The position numbers were made by a program, and so were the translations under genes. A model generated the notes under the pieces. It saw only the letters and a list, made by a program, of their open reading frames with translations, was not told where the DNA came from and did no database searches. 59,425 bases of DNA from an uncultured Bacteroidales bacterium (GTDB lineage Bacteria > Bacteroidota > Bacteroidia > Bacteroidales > UBA932): assembly GCA_900320965.1 (NCBI GenBank), contig ONUG01000002.1, positions 1 to 59,425 of the forward strand, read 5' to 3'. This document shows positions 56,335-59,425 of the stretch, piece after piece; the first letter of the stretch is position 1; the number at the start of each line of letters is the position of its first letter.

Positions 56335-58332
56335 CTACTTTGAGATCTTGGCGACCCATCCGCCGCCAGGAGCCATGTGGATTTTGACTTTGCCGTCGGC
56401 AGGCAAATCCATGGAGACTTTCTTGTAGTCCCTGGCGGCCTTCGCGGCGTTGATTCCGTCCTGGAAGATAGTCATCTTGCCGCTTCCGATGAATCCGAGG
56501 TCAAGCACAAGGTCACGGCTATCCCAGCCAGTGAGGGCTCCGACGTACCAGTCATTACCGTTACGGCGAGCGATGGCGACATATTCGCCGATCTTTCCGC
56601 AGACAGGGACGGTCTCATCCCAAGCGGTAGGGAAGGCGGCAATGAAGTCGGTGCACTCAGGTTCTGCCATGTAGTTGGAAGGAGAGTCGCAAAGCATTGT
56701 CAGCGGGGCCTCGAAGATGGCATATTCCGCAAGTTGACGGCAGCGGGTCCCCTGGCTCATAGGAGTAGAGTTGTTGGGGTAGGCCCTGCCCTTCTGGCAG
56801 TTTATCATCGCTCCCTGGGTGTAGTCCATCCTGCCGGCGGCCATCCTGACGAACGGGATGATCACGTCGTAGGTGACTTGATCATATTCCGTGGCTCCCC
56901 ATTTCATCTGCTCCAAGCCGGCGACACCCTCGTAGTTGATGATGTTGGGATAGGTCCTCTCGAGGCCAGAAGGCTTGAAGGCTCCGTGGAAGTCAATCAT
57001 CAAGTGGTATTTAGCGGCGATCTTGGCGACATTCTCATAGAACTGCATGACGAGCTGGTCGTCACGGTCCATGAAGTCCACTTTAAAGCCCTTGACTCCC
57101 ATCTGGGAATAGTGCTTGAAGACCCCCTCGATGTCTTTTTCAACAGCCTTGTAGCCAGCCCAGAGGATAAGGCCGACATTCTTTGTCTTGGCGTAGGCCA
57201 GGAGTTCCTTAAGGTCGATTTCCGGGATAATCTGGAAAAGGTCGGTCTTCTTGTTGACGGCCCAACCCTCGTCGAGGATCACATATTCAATCCCATGCTT
57301 GGACGCGAAGTCGATGTAGTACTTGTAGGTGTCGTTGTTGATTCCTGCTTTGAAGTCAACCCCGTAGAGATTCCAGTCGTTCCACCAGTCCCAGGCCACT
57401 TTTCCGGGCTTGATCCAGCTCCAGTCAGTATCCTTGTCGGCAGGCTTCCCAAGCAGCCATGTCAGGTCTGAGTTCACAAGATCTTTTTCCTCTTCGAATA
57501 TTCCCACGATCCTCCAGGGGAAACTGCGGCCGGCCTGGGCGGAGGCGATGTAGTCGTGACGGCTCTTCACTACGCCCTGAAGCATGTTGTGGCCGCCGAT
57601 CTCTGTCTTGTCCGGCACAGTGGCGTTGACCCCGTAAAGGGATTTTCCGCCCTTACCGTTGAGGTAGAGGCCAGGATAGTCGCGCAGGTCAGACTCGGTG
57701 ATCATCACCTTGACCCCGTCAAAAGCGTCAACCACGAGCGGCAGGAAGGCCAGCCTCTTGGTGTCCCACGCTGACAGATTTATGTGCTGGTAGTAGTTCT
57801 CAAAAGAGTTAGTGAATTGTTCCTCAAAGGTTTCCCCGTCCCTGACGTAAGGCACCCAAGCCATCCAATCCTGAGGGAAATTGAACTCGGCTTTCTCGCT
57901 CTTGACTTTGAACTTGCCTTTCTTCGCGGTGGAAACGAACCTGTAGGCAACGGCGTTGTCATAAGCCCGGAACTCGATCGAATAGTCCTTGAAGCTTATC
58001 GCAAGGCAGTTGTAGATGTCGTCCACGGCCGCTTTCTTGTAGGCGACGGCAGGGATAGCTTTGTCCTCATTCTTCCAGGAATAGGTCTTCTTGACTTTTC
58101 CTTCTCCAAAGGTGGACCCGTTGTCCAAGACCATTGCTATCTCGGAAGGAGCCAACACTGTTTTCCCATCAAAAGTAACTGAATATGAAACCTTTCCATC
58201 GGCTTTAATCTCGGCTTTAATCCTTCCGTCTGGAGATGTGAGAGTCCAGGAAGTCTTGGCGGCGAAAGATGCGGCCGGGAACAATACCGCCATAAAGGCA
58301 ATGCTGATTAGGGATTTAAAGAGAGCTTTCAT
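56335..58332 (-). CDS. Glycoside hydrolase family 97
   Basis: LTSPDG, WIKPGKVAWDWW, ILDEGW, GFKVDF, IDFHG, NYEGV, MDYTQG. Confidence 0.93.
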   Translation of the reverse strand: MKALFKSLISIAFMAVLFPAASFAAKTSWTLTSPDGRIKAEIKADGKVSYSVTFDGKTVLAPSEIAMVLDNGSTFGEGKVKKTYSWKNEDKAIPAVAYKKAAVDDIYNCLAISFKDYSIEFRAYDNAVAYRFVSTAKKGKFKVKSEKAEFNFPQDWMAWVPYVRDGETFEEQFTNSFENYYQHINLSAWDTKRLAFLPLVVDAFDGVKVMITESDLRDYPGLYLNGKGGKSLYGVNATVPDKTEIGGHNMLQGVVKSRHDYIASAQAGRSFPWRIVGIFEEEKDLVNSDLTWLLGKPADKDTDWSWIKPGKVAWDWWNDWNLYGVDFKAGINNDTYKYYIDFASKHGIEYVILDEGWAVNKKTDLFQIIPEIDLKELLAYAKTKNVGLILWAGYKAVEKDIEGVFKHYSQMGVKGFKVDFMDRDDQLVMQFYENVAKIAAKYHLMIDFHGAFKPSGLERTYPNIINYEGVAGLEQMKWGATEYDQVTYDVIIPFVRMAAGRMDYTQGAMINCQKGRAYPNNSTPMSQGTRCRQLAEYAIFEAPLTMLCDSPSNYMAEPECTDFIAAFPTAWDETVPVCGKIGEYVAIARRNGNDWYVGALTGWDSRDLVLDLGFIGSGKMTIFQDGINAAKAARDYKKVSMDLPADGKVKIHMAPGGGWVAKISK

Positions 58333-58400
58333 AAGTAAGAATCCATTCATTATAGTTTACAATGTAAAAATAGAAATTTTTGGTTACTTTTGTTAATACA

Positions 58401-59425
58401 ATGAGGAAAATTCCTGGATTATCCATAGCCTTCACGGCGTTTTGTTTGACTTTAGCCATTTTGGCGTCAGGGCAGGCGGTTCCATCAGACCGCCCCACCA
58501 GGCATGTCAGAGGCATGATGGGAACCGATCTCGACGGGAGAATCATTCCGTTGGCGGTAGCCCCTTTCGGAATGGTCCAGCTCTCTCCGGACACTTACTA
58601 CATCGCTTCCGGCTACCACTACACCCATCCGGAAATCCTCTGTTTCAGCCATTCCCACGCTTGCGGAAACGGAGGTGGAGACATGCAGGACATCTGCGTC
58701 ATGCCGGTTTTCGGAGAGCGCTGGAAGAACCTGTCAGTTTACCCTGACGACATAAAGAGCGCTTACAGCCACGACAGGGAACATGTCGAGCCGGGCTACT
58801 ACACTGTCGATCTTCTGGATTTCGGAATAAAGGCCGAATTAACCGCCACGGAAAGGTGTGGGGTCCATCGTTACACCTTCCCTGCCGGGAAAAGCCAGTA
58901 TTTCACCATCGACCTTAAGAGGGGAAACGCCTCCCGTCCCACAACCGTACCGGAAGAGTTCCATGACACGGTGATCGTAAGCCGGATGAGGGTGGTCGAC
59001 GAATATAATGTCCAGGGTTACAGGGTCACAGAAGGCTGGTCGCCCGAGCAACATGCCTATTTCCACGCCCGTTTCAATAAGCCGATCAGGAGCTTCAAAC
59101 TATTCAGGGACAGGGCATTGTCTGGCGAATCGGACATTACCGGAAGAGATGTCCGAGCTCTGTTTGACTTCGCTGACGGCGGAGAGCCTCTCGTTGTCAA
59201 GGTAGGATATTCCCCGACATCGATGGATGGGGCCCTTGCCAATCTTGAAGCGGAAGTGGATGCCAAGGACTTCGATCAGGTCAGGAAAGAGACTTCTGAA
59301 GCCTGGGACAAGGAGCTTTCGGCCATAACCATTTTTGATGAGGACTCGACTGAAAAGGATCTTTTCTACTCCAGCCTGTATTTCGCCTTGATGTATCCTC
59401 AACTCTACAGCGATGTGGATGGAGG
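58401..59425 (+). CDS. Glycoside hydrolase family 92 (alpha-1,2-mannosidase-like), N-terminal part; runs off the window end
   Basis: ATG 58401 with a signal peptide; PFGMVQLSPDT, SGYHY, FSHSH, EPGYYTVDL, ELTATER, FYSSLY. Confidence 0.9.
   Translation, partial: MRKIPGLSIAFTAFCLTLAILASGQAVPSDRPTRHVRGMMGTDLDGRIIPLAVAPFGMVQLSPDTYYIASGYHYTHPEILCFSHSHACGNGGGDMQDICVMPVFGERWKNLSVYPDDIKSAYSHDREHVEPGYYTVDLLDFGIKAELTATERCGVHRYTFPAGKSQYFTIDLKRGNASRPTTVPEEFHDTVIVSRMRVVDEYNVQGYRVTEGWSPEQHAYFHARFNKPIRSFKLFRDRALSGESDITGRDVRALFDFADGGEPLVVKVGYSPTSMDGALANLEAEVDAKDFDQVRKETSEAWDKELSAITIFDEDSTEKDLFYSSLYFALMYPQLYSDVDG

Overview
A gene-dense chromosomal window from a Bacteroidales bacterium. Evidence: TTTG-N19/20-TAnnTTTG promoters, a eukaryote-type GlyRS, GLPGLI, DUF1080, GH92 and GH97 genes, and lipoprotein serpins. 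Most of it is housekeeping (glyQS, nhaA, ahcY, fabG, manC, mutS2, cdaA, uvrC, dnaE, aminopeptidase P) or glycan use (GH2, GH51, GH92, GH97, Gfo/Idh/MocA plus DUF1080). I saw no tRNA, rRNA, CRISPR array, integrase or intact transposase. Points of interest: (1) an ECF-sigma / beta-barrel / tandem-serpin locus whose two divergent serpins share an 87-bp, 83/87-identical 3' block starting right after their different reactive-centre loops, with a REP-like palindrome between them; (2) a REP-like family found both between genes and amplified in frame inside a protein, plus a related element inside ahcY; (3) a stand-alone rplC-rpsC segment with its own promoter and terminator, lacking rpsJ and rplP, in which rplC (28-bp tandem duplication) and rplD (5' deletion) are both frameshifted; (4) a low-GC cassette of a membrane LuxR-type regulator, a Cys-rich NVEALA-like peptide, a propeller lipoprotein, GLPGLI, a CxxC lipoprotein and a beta-barrel; (5) a promoter- and terminator-bounded sRNA of about 120 nt; (6) several internally deleted mini-genes. 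All family assignments come from reading motifs by eye, with no database search.
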